Of a stretch of DNA of 64,000 nt, positions 8,889 through 18,485 are shown piece after piece (positions within the stretch are counted from its first letter, which is position 1; each line of letters begins with the position of its first letter). The DNA is from Thermoanaerobaculia bacterium. Lineage in GTDB: Bacteria; Acidobacteriota; Thermoanaerobaculia; Gp7-AA8. Made by a program: the position numbers and the translations under genes. Under the pieces are notes generated by a model, which was not told the DNA's origin, searched no databases, and saw only the letters and a list, made by a program, of their open reading frames with translations. The stretch covers positions 13,590 through 77,589 of the forward strand of contig DATISF010000043.1 of assembly GCA_035468985.1 (NCBI GenBank), in the 5' to 3' direction.

Positions 8889-10546
8889 TTTTGCGAGTTG
8901 CTCCGATCGTAGTTCAGCCAATTGTAGCGGTCGAGGAGGTTGAACACGCGAGGTTCCGGCGCGACCGGAGGCTCCCCGAGGCTGATGTTGTTCGCGTCGA
9001 GAATGTCGCCGACCTGGCGGTGGTAACTCGCCAGCGCCTCGGCCCACCCGACCAGCGCCTGCAGTTCGCGCACGCGGGCACCGGACAATTGCTGCTGGAT
9101 CTGGAGAACCTGGAACAGGGTGGTCATGCCGTTCTCGTAACGGCGGCGCTCCGCCTCCAGGTTCTGCTCCGCGGCCTCACGCGCGGTGCGCGAGGCCACG
9201 ATCGATCGCGCGGCGGTGTCGACGTCGCGTGCGGTACTGCGAACGGCAACCATGATGCTCTGCCGCGTCTGCTCCTGGCTGACTTTCGACGCGTCCAGAT
9301 CGAGCTCGGCGCGGCGCCGCTCGGCGCGCGCTCCGATATTGAGGATCGGAACGCCGATGGTGAAGCCGGCCGACCACGCCGGGAAGTCGAGATCCCGGAC
9401 CTGCCTGAGACCCTGGCTGTAGGTCGGCGTGGCGAAGATCGGAACGCCCGTCGGATCGAATGCCGCCACGGTGCGGCCGGTCAGGGCGCGATAGCCGAGG
9501 TTCAAATCGACCTGCGGCAGAACCTGATTGCGCGCGTAGAAGTACTGCACGCGGCGCGTCTCGGTCGCCAGCAGCGCCTCGCGCAGCTCAGGCCGCAGAT
9601 CCATGGCCCGTGCCACCGAAGCTTCGACGTTGATGTCGACCGGTGCGTAGGTCACCGAATCCGCGGGAATGATCGGGCGATTCCAGTCGGCTGAGGCCAG
9701 GTTCATCACGGCGCGCAAACGGTCCTCGGCGCTGCGCACGAGGGCCACGGCGCGGATGAGGTCCTCCTCGGTCGTCGAGATCTGCACGCGCGGCTGGAGG
9801 ATGTCGAGCGGCGCCGAGGCGCCGACGTCGATGCGGATCTGTGTGATGCGGGCCTGGTCGCGTGCCAGAAACAACGCCTCTTTCGCCACTTCCACATTGC
9901 GGCGGGCGTAGACGAGGTCGTAGTAGGCCTGCTCCACCGTGACCGCCGTGTCCATCAACGTCAGGCGGAACGCTTCGCGGCTGATGCCAAGCGTGTTGCG
10001 CGCGATGAGGATGCTGCGGCGCGTGACGTCGATGCCGAAGTTGCGCATCAACGGCTGCGTCGCTGAGAACACGAGGCTCGGGCTGAACGACCCGCCCTGC
10101 CGGTTGTTGTTGAACCCGACAAAGTAGTTGCCGCCCGCGGGCAGGTTCTGCGCGACGCCGACATTGGCGACGTCCGTCTCGGTCTCGCTCAGCGCGCCGC
10201 TTTGGCTGGTGCCTTTCACCTTCGCGCGGCTGAGCGCTCCCTGACCGAACCAGTCGTAAAGGCCGTACTGGGAGCGGAGGCTCTCACCGGCCATCTGATA
10301 GTCGTAGCTCTGCAGAGAGATGCCGAGGTTGCGCTGCATCGCCGTGCCGAGCGCGTCCTGGAGACTGAGCTTGAGCGCGTTCGGATCGGTGATGTCGCGG
10401 TCGGTCTCGGCCGTGACCGGCTCGGTCGTCCTTTGCACCGTGGTTGTGGCCGTAGTCGTCTGCGGCGCGGTGGTTGTCTGCGCCGGCAGCCAGGTCGCGG
10501 TCAGCGACAGGCAAAAGATCGATGTCCACCGTCGAACTGCGGTCAT
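8885..10546 (-). CDS. TolC-family outer-membrane efflux protein
   Basis: 553 aa. Signal peptide, Thr-rich linker, then two OEP repeats (coiled-coil/beta-barrel pattern) typical of TolC. Confidence 0.8.
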   Translation of the reverse strand: MTAVRRWTSIFCLSLTATWLPAQTTTAPQTTTATTTVQRTTEPVTAETDRDITDPNALKLSLQDALGTAMQRNLGISLQSYDYQMAGESLRSQYGLYDWFGQGALSRAKVKGTSQSGALSETETDVANVGVAQNLPAGGNYFVGFNNNRQGGSFSPSLVFSATQPLMRNFGIDVTRRSILIARNTLGISREAFRLTLMDTAVTVEQAYYDLVYARRNVEVAKEALFLARDQARITQIRIDVGASAPLDILQPRVQISTTEEDLIRAVALVRSAEDRLRAVMNLASADWNRPIIPADSVTYAPVDINVEASVARAMDLRPELREALLATETRRVQYFYARNQVLPQVDLNLGYRALTGRTVAAFDPTGVPIFATPTYSQGLRQVRDLDFPAWSAGFTIGVPILNIGARAERRRAELDLDASKVSQEQTRQSIMVAVRSTARDVDTAARSIVASRTAREAAEQNLEAERRRYENGMTTLFQVLQIQQQLSGARVRELQALVGWAEALASYHRQVGDILDANNISLGEPPVAPEPRVFNLLDRYNWLNYDRSNSQK

Positions 10547-10652
10547 TTCGTGTAGTCCTCCCGATCCTGGCTGGAGACCGGATCTCGCGTCTAATTACGA
10601 ACGGATCAGTTGAGAGTTTCGCGGGCCGACCGGGTCTCCTGCGCGCGCGATT

Positions 10653-11708
10653 CTATGACGATGAGACGCGCGGCGTGGGGCCCGAGTTAGCGGGCAGGGG
10701 CGCACCGGCGAAATGGCAGGCCGCGAATTGACCCGGCTTGTGCTCGATCAGCGGCGGCACGGCTTCGGCGCAGATCGGGAACTGCGCGATCGGACAGCGC
10801 GTGTGGAACACGCATCCGCTGGGCGGGTCGAGCGGCGTCGGGATGTCTCCAGCCAGTAGAATCCGGCTCTTCCTCACGGCCGGATCGGGAATGGGCACCG
10901 CCGACAGGAGCGCCTTCGTATATGGATGCAGTGGATCGGCGTAGAGCGACTTCCGGTCCGCCAGCTCCATGAGCTTGCCGAGGTACATGACCGCGACGCG
11001 GGTGGAGATGTGCTCGACGACCGAGAGGTCGTGAGCGATGAAGAGGTACGTCAGGCCGAGCTCCTCCTGCAGATCCTGAAGAAGATTGACGACCTGCGCC
11101 TGCACGGAGACGTCGAGCGCGGAGACCGGCTCGTCGAGCACGAGAAATTTCGGGTTCGTCGCCAGCGCGCGGGCCACGCCGATGCGCTGCCGCTGTCCTC
11201 CCGAGAATTCGTGCGGGTAGCGTTTACGGTAATTCGGATCGAGGCCGACCTTCTCGAGGAGCTGCGCCACGCGATCGGTGCGCTCCGCGCTGCTCATGCC
11301 TCCATGAATGATCAGCGGCTCGGCGACGATCGTCCCGACCGTCATCCTCGGATTGAGCGACGCGTACGGATCCTGAAACACGATCTGCATGTCGCGCCGC
11401 ATCGCACGCATGCCGCCCGAGTCGAGCGCCAGGATGTCGGTGTTCTGGAACTCGATCGATCCCGACGACGGCTCGATGAGGCGAAGGATGCAGCGGCCGA
11501 CCGTCGTCTTTCCCGATCCCGATTCGCCGACGAGCCCGAGGGTCTCCCCGGGGGCGATCCCGAAGCTCACGCCGTCGACCGCCTTGACGTTCGCCACGAT
11601 GCGCGCCAGCACGCCGCGTTTGACCGGAAAGTACTTCTTGAGATCGCGGACGACGAGCAGCGCCTCGCCGGCACCCGCCGGAACTTTCGGCGCTTCCTGA
11701 GCGGTCAT
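10653..11708 (-). CDS. oligopeptide/dipeptide ABC transporter ATP-binding protein (OppF/DppF type)
   Basis: Walker [10 protein letters not shown]. Signature [15 protein letters not shown]. Opp-type C-terminal extension HPYTKALL...CPIAQ..C. Confidence 0.8.
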   Translation of the reverse strand: MTAQEAPKVPAGAGEALLVVRDLKKYFPVKRGVLARIVANVKAVDGVSFGIAPGETLGLVGESGSGKTTVGRCILRLIEPSSGSIEFQNTDILALDSGGMRAMRRDMQIVFQDPYASLNPRMTVGTIVAEPLIIHGGMSSAERTDRVAQLLEKVGLDPNYRKRYPHEFSGGQRQRIGVARALATNPKFLVLDEPVSALDVSVQAQVVNLLQDLQEELGLTYLFIAHDLSVVEHISTRVAVMYLGKLMELADRKSLYADPLHPYTKALLSAVPIPDPAVRKSRILLAGDIPTPLDPPSGCVFHTRCPIAQFPICAEAVPPLIEHKPGQFAACHFAGAPLPANSGPTPRVSSS

Positions 11709-11765
11709 TGCCTCAGGCACGGCGGCCCCCAAAGGAGCGAGGAATGTTCAGCATTCCCGTCTCCG

Positions 11766-12776
11766 TCATGCCAGCCGCTCCGGATCGGCCAGATCCCCAT
11801 GCAGATAACACCGCGCATCGTGCTCCACCCCCACGACCATCCGCGCCGGCTCGTTGCCGAGGCAGATGTCCATGACGTCGGGGCATCGCGGATTGAACTT
11901 GCAGCCGTGCGGCAGTGCGGTCAGCGGCGGGACCATCCCCTTGATTGTCGGAAGCCGGTGTGGCGCCGACGAATCGACGGCGGTCACGCTCGGCAACGAC
12001 TTCAGCAAGCCGCGCGTGTAGGGATGCGCGGGATTGGCGAACAGATCGCGCACCGACGCCTCCTCGACAATGCGGCCGGTGTACATGACGATCACGCGCT
12101 CGCAGAACTCGGCCACCACGCCGAGATCGTGCGTGATGAGAAGAACGGCCAGCCCGAGGCGCTGCTGCAGGCTGGCGAGAAGCTCCATGATCTGGGCCTG
12201 GATCGTGACGTCGAGCGCGGTCGTCGGCTCGTCGGCGATCAGAAGCTCCGGATCGCACGACAAGGCCATGGCGATCATCACCCGCTGCCGCATGCCGCCG
12301 GAGAGCTGATGCGGGTAGTCATCGAGCCGTTTGATCGGATCGGGGATGGCGACGAGCTCGAGCATCTCCCCCGCCTTCTTCCACGCCTCTTTCTTCGACA
12401 CCTTCCGATGAATCCGAACTGCCTCGGCCACCTGCCAGCCGATCTTGAAGACGGGATTGAGCGACGTCATCGGCTCCTGAAAGACCATGGCGATGTCGTC
12501 GCCGCGCACTTTTCGAATCTCGTTCTCGGAAAGCGATGCCAGGTCGCGCCCTTTGAACCGCACCTCGCCGCCGGTGATCTTTCCGGGCGGCGCAACGAGA
12601 CGCATGATCGACAGCGCGGTGACACTCTTCCCGCAACCCGATTCGCCGACGAGCGCAACGGCCTCACCGCGACCAACGTTGAACGAGACGTTGTCGACCG
12701 CGTGTACGGCTCCGTCGCCGGTGAAGAACGACGTCCTCAGATTCTTCACCTCCAGCAACGGCCCGGCGGAATTCAC
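11766..12776 (-). CDS. oligopeptide/dipeptide ABC transporter ATP-binding protein (OppD/DppD type)
   Basis: Walker [26 protein letters not shown]-terminal HPYTRGLL...CKFNPRCP. The 5' part of the track ORF is overlapped by murJ, so the start is set at GTG 12776 (GTGA overlap with the murJ stop). Confidence 0.7.
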   Translation of the reverse strand: MNSAGPLLEVKNLRTSFFTGDGAVHAVDNVSFNVGRGEAVALVGESGCGKSVTALSIMRLVAPPGKITGGEVRFKGRDLASLSENEIRKVRGDDIAMVFQEPMTSLNPVFKIGWQVAEAVRIHRKVSKKEAWKKAGEMLELVAIPDPIKRLDDYPHQLSGGMRQRVMIAMALSCDPELLIADEPTTALDVTIQAQIMELLASLQQRLGLAVLLITHDLGVVAEFCERVIVMYTGRIVEEASVRDLFANPAHPYTRGLLKSLPSVTAVDSSAPHRLPTIKGMVPPLTALPHGCKFNPRCPDVMDICLGNEPARMVVGVEHDARCYLHGDLADPERLA

Positions 12777-14419
12777 GACCGCGATCGTAGCAAGAAGCGC
12801 CCCAGCGTCGCCCTCGCTTCGGGAACCCCGAGGAGGATCGCCGCCAGGAAATAGATGATGCCGAACACGCCGGCCGCGAGGAGCGCCTCGATGACGTGGG
12901 GCAACGGGAGGCCACGCGTGATTCCGCGCCCGATGAACACATCGAACGCCAGCGCGCCGAGGCCCGCGGCGAGCGCGGAGGACCAGAGGCGAATCTGAAA
13001 CGTCAGCGGGAACGGAACAGCGCCGATCCGCCGCTGCAGCGCGGAGCGCAGCAGCAGAAACTCGAGCCACCCCGCCACACCCGCCGAAGCCGTCAGGCCG
13101 ACCGTTCCCATCGCCGCTTCGCCTCCGGTCATCGCCGGCAGCGGCATGTGAATGAGCTGAAGGGCGTCGACGAGGATCCACCGCAACGGAAAGGCGAACA
13201 GATAGCCGAGGATACCGGTGAGGGCGACGCGTGCCGTGGCGAACCAGAGCGGCGTCTTCGTGTCACGCAAGGCGTAGAACGCCGACGAATAAAGGCGGCC
13301 GAGGGTCATGGCCAGAAGGCCCACCGTCGATCCGACCAGGATGTACCAGACGTAGAGCGTCTGCTGCGATCCGAACTGGCCGGTCTGGTAGAGCGCCGCG
13401 ACGAGCACGCGCCCGATCAGCACGAATGCGACGACCGACGGCACGACGAAGAACGCAATCTGGCGCAGACCGCGCTCGAGCCTCCGCCGCAGCGCGCCGT
13501 AGATTTCTTCGACCGCCCCCGTCTCACGCGACATCTGCGGCAGCTCGGCGGCCGCGACGGACATCCCAAAAAGGCTGATCGGCAGCAGATAGATCGTCTG
13601 CGCGTACGCGAGGCTGGAGACCGCGCCTTCCGGCAGGTAGCTGGCGATGATCTGATCGATGTACGCGCTGAGCTGCACCACTCCCCTCCCCACGACCACG
13701 GGACCGAGGTTGCGGAAGATCTCGCGGACCGGCTCGAGAAAGCGATCGAGGCCGAAGGAGATGAACTTCGCGTACTTGAAGACGAACGGAATCTGAATCC
13801 CGAACTGCAGCGCCGAGCCGATCACCGTCCCCCACGACAGCGCGATGGCCAGGTCCGCCTGCCGCAGGCGCGTACCGAAGATCACGAGCGTCGCGATCAT
13901 CGCCACGTTCCACAGAACCGGCGCGACGTATGACAGGAAGAACTTGTGATGGCTGTTCAGAATCCCCAGACACCAGGCGGAAAGAACGAGCAGGCCGACG
14001 CCGGGAAAGAGGATGCGCACGATGCGAATCGTGAGCAGCCGGACGTCGCCTTCGAATCCCGGAGCGATCAGATCGATGATGTACGGCGTGACCACGACGC
14101 CGATCGTCACCAGAATGCTGACCCCGAGCGCCAGCATCGACGCGAACACGCCCGCCACTCGCCCGGCGAGCTTCTCGTCCTTCTCCCCGAGCAATTTCGC
14201 GTAGACCGGGATGAACGACGCGGACAGAACGCCTTCTCCGAAGAGGTTCTGCAGGAAGTTCGGGATTTTCAGGGCCGCCTTGAAGGCGTCGGCCGCGCTG
14301 GAGCTGCCGAGGTAGTGGGCGAAGACGCGCTCGCGAATGAGCCCGGCGATCCGGCTGAGAAGAATGCCGGCGGCGACGAGCATCGCGAAACCGGCCCGTG
14401 GCCGCTTCTCGGAATTCAC
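12773..14419 (-). CDS. murJ: lipid II flippase MurJ (MviN)
   Basis: Approximately 14 TM segments. Conserved N-terminal LLSRIAGLIRERVFAHYLG...ADAF. True start may be the internal Met (14383). Confidence 0.8.
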   Translation of the reverse strand: MNSEKRPRAGFAMLVAAGILLSRIAGLIRERVFAHYLGSSSAADAFKAALKIPNFLQNLFGEGVLSASFIPVYAKLLGEKDEKLAGRVAGVFASMLALGVSILVTIGVVVTPYIIDLIAPGFEGDVRLLTIRIVRILFPGVGLLVLSAWCLGILNSHHKFFLSYVAPVLWNVAMIATLVIFGTRLRQADLAIALSWGTVIGSALQFGIQIPFVFKYAKFISFGLDRFLEPVREIFRNLGPVVVGRGVVQLSAYIDQIIASYLPEGAVSSLAYAQTIYLLPISLFGMSVAAAELPQMSRETGAVEEIYGALRRRLERGLRQIAFFVVPSVVAFVLIGRVLVAALYQTGQFGSQQTLYVWYILVGSTVGLLAMTLGRLYSSAFYALRDTKTPLWFATARVALTGILGYLFAFPLRWILVDALQLIHMPLPAMTGGEAAMGTVGLTASAGVAGWLEFLLLRSALQRRIGAVPFPLTFQIRLWSSALAAGLGALAFDVFIGRGITRGLPLPHVIEALLAAGVFGIIYFLAAILLGVPEARATLGRFLLRSRS

Positions 14420-14439
14420 AGTGGTATCAGAACGATAAG

Positions 14440-15582
14440 ATGGCGCAGATGCAACCTATTCGCATTGCAGGGGCGGGGCCATCGGGCCTTTCGGCCGCGA
14501 TCGTCCTCGCTCGGGCCGGACGCGCCGTCGAGGTCCACGAGGCCAAGCCGACCGTCGGAAGCCGCTTCATCGGCGACTTGCAGATCATCGAGGGGACGTC
14601 CGAACGCGAGAGCGTGCCTGATCTGCTCCGCCGGATCGGCATCGAGACGAATTTCTACTTCCGCCCGGCGACGTGGGCGACGTTTTACGACCATCGCGGC
14701 TCCGGGCGCGTGATCCGCAGCAAAGAGCCCTACGGCTTTTTCATCCGCCGCGGACCCGAGGAGGGCACGCTCGATCGCGGTCTGTTGGCCCAGGCGGAAG
14801 CGCTCGGCGTGAGGATCACCTTCAACAGCAGGCTCACCGATGCGGACATCATCGCCACCGGCCCTGCAGCTCCGGACGGCCTGGCGCGCGAGATGACCTG
14901 GCGCACGAACGAGCCGGAGCGGGTCGACGTCTTTTTCAACCACGAGCGCTCTCCCGGCGGGTATTCGTACATGTTCATCCTCGACGGCATCGCCACGTTC
15001 GGGTGCGCCATCGTCGCCGATTTCAAGCGCATCGACGAATTCTTCGAGCATTCGCTCGCCGCGGCGCAGCGTCTCCATCATTTCGAGATTCCGGCCGAGA
15101 CACGCACCGGCTACTCGTACATGAACTTCCATCTGAAGGAGCACGCCAAATCCGGCAGCTCGCTGATCGTCGGCGAAGCGGCCGGGTTTCAGGACTACCT
15201 CTTCGGACTGGGAATCCGCTACGCGCTGACGAGCGGTTCCCTCGCCGCGCGGAGCATTCTCGAGCAGCGCGATTTCGACGATCTGTGGAAGAGCGAGCTT
15301 GGCGCGAAACAGGAGACGAGCCTGGTCAACCGATTTCTGTACGAGACCGGCGGCAACGCCGGGCTCTCGATGTTCGTGCGGCAGGCAGCGCGGGCCAGCG
15401 ATTTTCATCATTACCTGAGCGGCTGGCATCGCCGCAGCTGGTGGAAGTCGCTCCTGGTCCCGATCGTCCGGCGCGTCTGGCGTCATCGCGGACGCTGCCT
15501 GCACAAACCGGCCGATCACTGGTGCCGCTCGCGCGACACGGAGATGAAGGTTCCGCCGCTGGGACCGGTGCAATCGGTATGA
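14440..15582 (+). CDS. FAD-dependent oxidoreductase (geranylgeranyl-reductase-like)
   Basis: Rossmann dinucleotide motif IRIAGAGPSGLSAAIVLARAG at the N-terminus. About 380 aa. ATG at 14440. Confidence 0.6.
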   Translation: MAQMQPIRIAGAGPSGLSAAIVLARAGRAVEVHEAKPTVGSRFIGDLQIIEGTSERESVPDLLRRIGIETNFYFRPATWATFYDHRGSGRVIRSKEPYGFFIRRGPEEGTLDRGLLAQAEALGVRITFNSRLTDADIIATGPAAPDGLAREMTWRTNEPERVDVFFNHERSPGGYSYMFILDGIATFGCAIVADFKRIDEFFEHSLAAAQRLHHFEIPAETRTGYSYMNFHLKEHAKSGSSLIVGEAAGFQDYLFGLGIRYALTSGSLAARSILEQRDFDDLWKSELGAKQETSLVNRFLYETGGNAGLSMFVRQAARASDFHHYLSGWHRRSWWKSLLVPIVRRVWRHRGRCLHKPADHWCRSRDTEMKVPPLGPVQSV

Positions 15583-16433
15583 ACATCCGACAGGCATACG
15601 CCCACTGCCGGAAGATTGCGCACAAGCACGGCGCAAATTTCTCGGTCGGATTTCGATTCCTGCCGAGAGGGAAGCGGGACGCGGTTTATGCGGCGTATGC
15701 CGTCTGCCGCTTCGCCGACGACATCGCCGATGAGGACGTGCTCGACGTGGCCGCACGCCGCCTGCGCCTCGACGAGTGGCAGGAGGAGCTCGACGCCTGC
15801 TACGCCGGACATCCCTCGCATCCGATCACCATCGCGCTCGCCGATGCGCTCGAGCATTTCAAGATCCCCAAGAGCGCGTTCCTGGCCCTCATCGCCGGTT
15901 GCAGGCAGGATCTCGTGAAAACGCGCTACGAGACCTTCGACGAGCTTCTGCAGTACTGCGAGCTCGTGGCGGGTTCGATCTCCGACATCTCGCTGTCGAT
16001 CTTCGGATACAAGAGCGACCAGGCCATAGGACACGGACAGAGTCTTTCGACAGCCTTGCAGTTGACCAACGTGACCCGCGACATCGGGGACGATCTCTCC
16101 CGCGATCGGGTCTACGTTCCGCAGGAGGAATTGCGGCGCTTCGGCGTCTCGGAAGCCGATCTCTTCGGGCGCGTGGAGAGCGATGCCATGCGCCGGCTGA
16201 TCGAGCTCCAGATCGATCGCGCCGAGTCGTACTTCCGCGCCGCGGAGCCGCTGCTGCACGAGCTTTCATTCGACGCGCGGTTTCCCTGCCTTCTGATGGG
16301 CGGCGTTTACGCAACCGTGCTCGCGAAGCTGCGAAAGGATCCGCTGACGGTCATCCGCCGGCGGCTGTCGCTTTCAGCGCTGCAGAAGGTCCTGGTGGTG
16401 GGCGCGCGCGTGCTGCGGCCGCACTTCGTCTGA
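15579..16433 (+). CDS. squalene/phytoene synthase family protein
   Basis: 284 aa. Asp-rich motifs YAVCRFADDIAD and NVTRDIGDD typical of trans-isoprenyl diphosphate synthase head-to-head enzymes. ATGA overlap with the upstream oxidoreductase. Confidence 0.75.
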   Translation: MNIRQAYAHCRKIAHKHGANFSVGFRFLPRGKRDAVYAAYAVCRFADDIADEDVLDVAARRLRLDEWQEELDACYAGHPSHPITIALADALEHFKIPKSAFLALIAGCRQDLVKTRYETFDELLQYCELVAGSISDISLSIFGYKSDQAIGHGQSLSTALQLTNVTRDIGDDLSRDRVYVPQEELRRFGVSEADLFGRVESDAMRRLIELQIDRAESYFRAAEPLLHELSFDARFPCLLMGGVYATVLAKLRKDPLTVIRRRLSLSALQKVLVVGARVLRPHFV

Positions 16434-16466
16434 AACCGGGCCGGGAGAGGAAACGTCTACGAGACG

Positions 16467-17234
16467 ATGAGACTTCGCGTGATCGCCGCGCTGCTCCTCG
16501 CCGCCGCGGCGGCGAATGCGCAGACCACCGTCGAGCAGCCTCCACCGGTCTCCACCGTCGTCGTCCCGGTCGCCGGCCGGGTCGTCGGCGCCAACGACGT
16601 GCACTGGCACACCGATCTCGAGCTGCGCAACGATCAGCGCAGCGAAGTCACCGTCATGTTGACGATGCCGACGGCGCCCGACGCCAACTTCCTCATCCTG
16701 CCGATCTCTCCCGGCGCCGTCATCCAACTCACGGACGTTGCCGCTGCTCTCGGCCTCGAGTACGGACTCTCGCCGATCGTGATCCAGACCAATGATCGGA
16801 AATCCGTTTCGGTGCGCGCCACCGCTTACGGAACGCGCGGCACCGAGCTGTTCCCGCCAGAACCGATCGCCATCAACTACGGTTCGTCATACTTTCCGGT
16901 GCGCACGCTCTACGATCTCTCGTTCAGCACCGTGTTTCGCACGAACCTCGGGCTCGTGAATCTCGGCGAGCAGACCGCGGACTTCACGCTGGCCTTGCAG
17001 CGCATCGCCGGCCGCAACCTCGCCGTCACCCGCATCTCCATTCCTCCGAACAGCCTCTGGCACATGTCCATCCAGTCGGCCTTTCCGCTGATCACCGACG
17101 GCGAACATTTCGCGGTGGTCATCGAGACATCCGGGCCGCAGACCTACGTCTACGCGTCGGTGATCGAGAACGCGACCACCACGGCACGCTTCGTCCAGGC
17201 CAGCTTCGGCGCCCCCACGGACACCACTCGCTGA
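16467..17234 (+). CDS. secreted hypothetical protein: single copy of the unassigned ~220-aa module found duplicated at the C-termini of the giant proteins at 47600-55250
   Basis: Signal peptide MRLRVIAALLLAAAAANAQ. Shares HWHTDLELRN / FRTNLGLVN / YVYASVIEN blocks with the SDVRL.N / FRTN.GLVE / AYASV.DN blocks of the giant proteins. Confidence 0.55.
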   Translation: MRLRVIAALLLAAAAANAQTTVEQPPPVSTVVVPVAGRVVGANDVHWHTDLELRNDQRSEVTVMLTMPTAPDANFLILPISPGAVIQLTDVAAALGLEYGLSPIVIQTNDRKSVSVRATAYGTRGTELFPPEPIAINYGSSYFPVRTLYDLSFSTVFRTNLGLVNLGEQTADFTLALQRIAGRNLAVTRISIPPNSLWHMSIQSAFPLITDGEHFAVVIETSGPQTYVYASVIENATTTARFVQASFGAPTDTTR

Positions 17235-17237
17235 GCG

Positions 17238-17420
17238 GTGCTATCCTTTTCCGCCGTGGATGAGCCCGAATACCTGATCTGCCTGCAGTGCGAGACGCCG
17301 ACGTACCAGTTCGAGTACAGCAACGGCAAGCTCACCACGATCATGTGCAACACCTGCGGGAACGACGATCCCTCCGACTTCATGACCGAAGCCGAGTACG
17401 AGGAGCAATCAGGATCGTGA
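17238..17420 (+). CDS. small zinc-ribbon protein (CxxC...CxxC), hypothetical
   Basis: 60-aa ORF with CLQC ... CNTC pairs and an acidic C-terminal tail. GTG start. Codon bias consistent with coding. Confidence 0.3.
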   Translation: MLSFSAVDEPEYLICLQCETPTYQFEYSNGKLTTIMCNTCGNDDPSDFMTEAEYEEQSGS

Positions 17421-17433
17421 CGGTCCGCAACCC

Positions 17434-18051
17434 GTGAAACCCGTCATCATCGGCATCGCCGGCGGCACCGGATCCGGAAAAACGACCGTGGCTCGCGCGA
17501 TTTACGATCGCGTGGGGAAGGATCGCATCGAGTGGATCTCCCACGACTCGTACTACCGCTCCTTCGACGCGCTCTCGCCTGAAGAGCGCCACAAGATCAA
17601 CTTCGATCACCCCGACTCGCTGGAGAGCGAGCTCCTCGCACGTCACCTCGACGTTCTCTGCAAGGGCTCGTCGGTGAATGTGCCGATGTACGACTTCACG
17701 ACGCATGCGCGGAAACCGGAGACGCAGCACGTCGAGCCGCGCAAAGTCATCATCGTGGAGGGGATCCTCGTCCTGGCCGAGGCGGAGCTGCGGCGCCGGA
17801 TCGACATCAAGCTGTTCGTCGACACGCCCCCGGACATCCGTTTCGTGCGGCGGCTGATGCGGGACATCAAGGCGCGCGGCCGGAGCCTCGAATCCGTGGT
17901 CGAGCAGTACATCACCACGGTCCGGCCGATGCATGAGGAGTTCGTGGAGCCGTCGAAACGCCACGCCGACCTCATCATTCCCGAGGGGGGCGAGAATCAG
18001 GTGGCGCTGGACGCAATCACCGCCCGGATCGAGTATCTCCTCTCCGTGTAG
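17434..18051 (+). CDS. udk: uridine kinase
   Basis: P-loop IGIAGGTGSGKTT. Conserved VIIVEGILVL and DTPPDIRFVRR blocks of Udk. Confidence 0.85.
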   Translation: MKPVIIGIAGGTGSGKTTVARAIYDRVGKDRIEWISHDSYYRSFDALSPEERHKINFDHPDSLESELLARHLDVLCKGSSVNVPMYDFTTHARKPETQHVEPRKVIIVEGILVLAEAELRRRIDIKLFVDTPPDIRFVRRLMRDIKARGRSLESVVEQYITTVRPMHEEFVEPSKRHADLIIPEGGENQVALDAITARIEYLLSV

Positions 18052-18220
18052 AGTTTTATTCGGACCTCAGACTAGACGTAAATCGAACGACATCCGTACT
18101 TACGCGCTACGGAATGGAATGCCCGTCCGGCCGGGTTGCACGGTCGGAAAAGCAATCTAGAATGGATGAGCCAACACGGGACGCCATTCACTGCCAGTTA
18201 GAAGGGGGGGAAAGGGGAAC

Positions 18221-18427
18221 ATGCCTCTCGTTCACGTCAAAGAAGACGAAACGTTCGAGAACGCATTGCGCAGATTCAAGCGCAAATGCGAGAAGTCGGG
18301 GATCCTCTCCGAGTTGAAGAAGCGCCAGCATTACGAGAAGCCGAGCACGAAGCGCAAGAGAAAAGCCATTGCGGCGCGCAAAAAGGTGCTCCGCAAGCTT
18401 GCCGAAGAGCGGCGGACCGGATATTGA
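18221..18427 (+). CDS. rpsU: 30S ribosomal protein S21
   Basis: [42 protein letters not shown]... is a near-canonical S21. G-rich SD upstream. Confidence 0.9.
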   Translation: MPLVHVKEDETFENALRRFKRKCEKSGILSELKKRQHYEKPSTKRKRKAIAARKKVLRKLAEERRTGY

Positions 18428-18448
18428 TCGGCCGTCATTGATCTTTTC

Positions 18449-18482
18449 AGGACCCGGGAGCGATCTCGGGTCCTTTTGTTTT
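18449..18482 (+). terminator. intrinsic terminator after rpsU
   Basis: aggacccggg-agcgat-ctcgggtcct (10-bp stem, one G-U pair) followed by TTTTGTTTT. Confidence 0.65.
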
Positions 18483-18485
18483 CCA

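Noticed and set aside
10926-12854. 642-aa plus-strand ORF (and similar long ORFs at 18624-20885, 23061-24743, 54660-56699, 61169-62560, 43295-44623)
   Set aside because: They are antisense to well-supported genes (Opp ATPases, mutS2, rpoD, lpdA and so on). They are Arg/Ala/Pro/Gly-rich with no motifs, a typical high-GC open-frame artefact.
12777-13181. N-terminal 135-aa extension of the OppD-like ORF
   Set aside because: Entirely overlapped by murJ on the same strand and compositionally non-coding. GTG 12776 gives a normal-length OppD.
14673-16433. 586-aa ORF spanning the oxidoreductase and squalene/phytoene synthase regions
   Set aside because: Its 5' two-thirds is an out-of-frame Arg-rich read-through of the oxidoreductase gene. 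The real synthase begins at ATG 15579 with an ATGA overlap.
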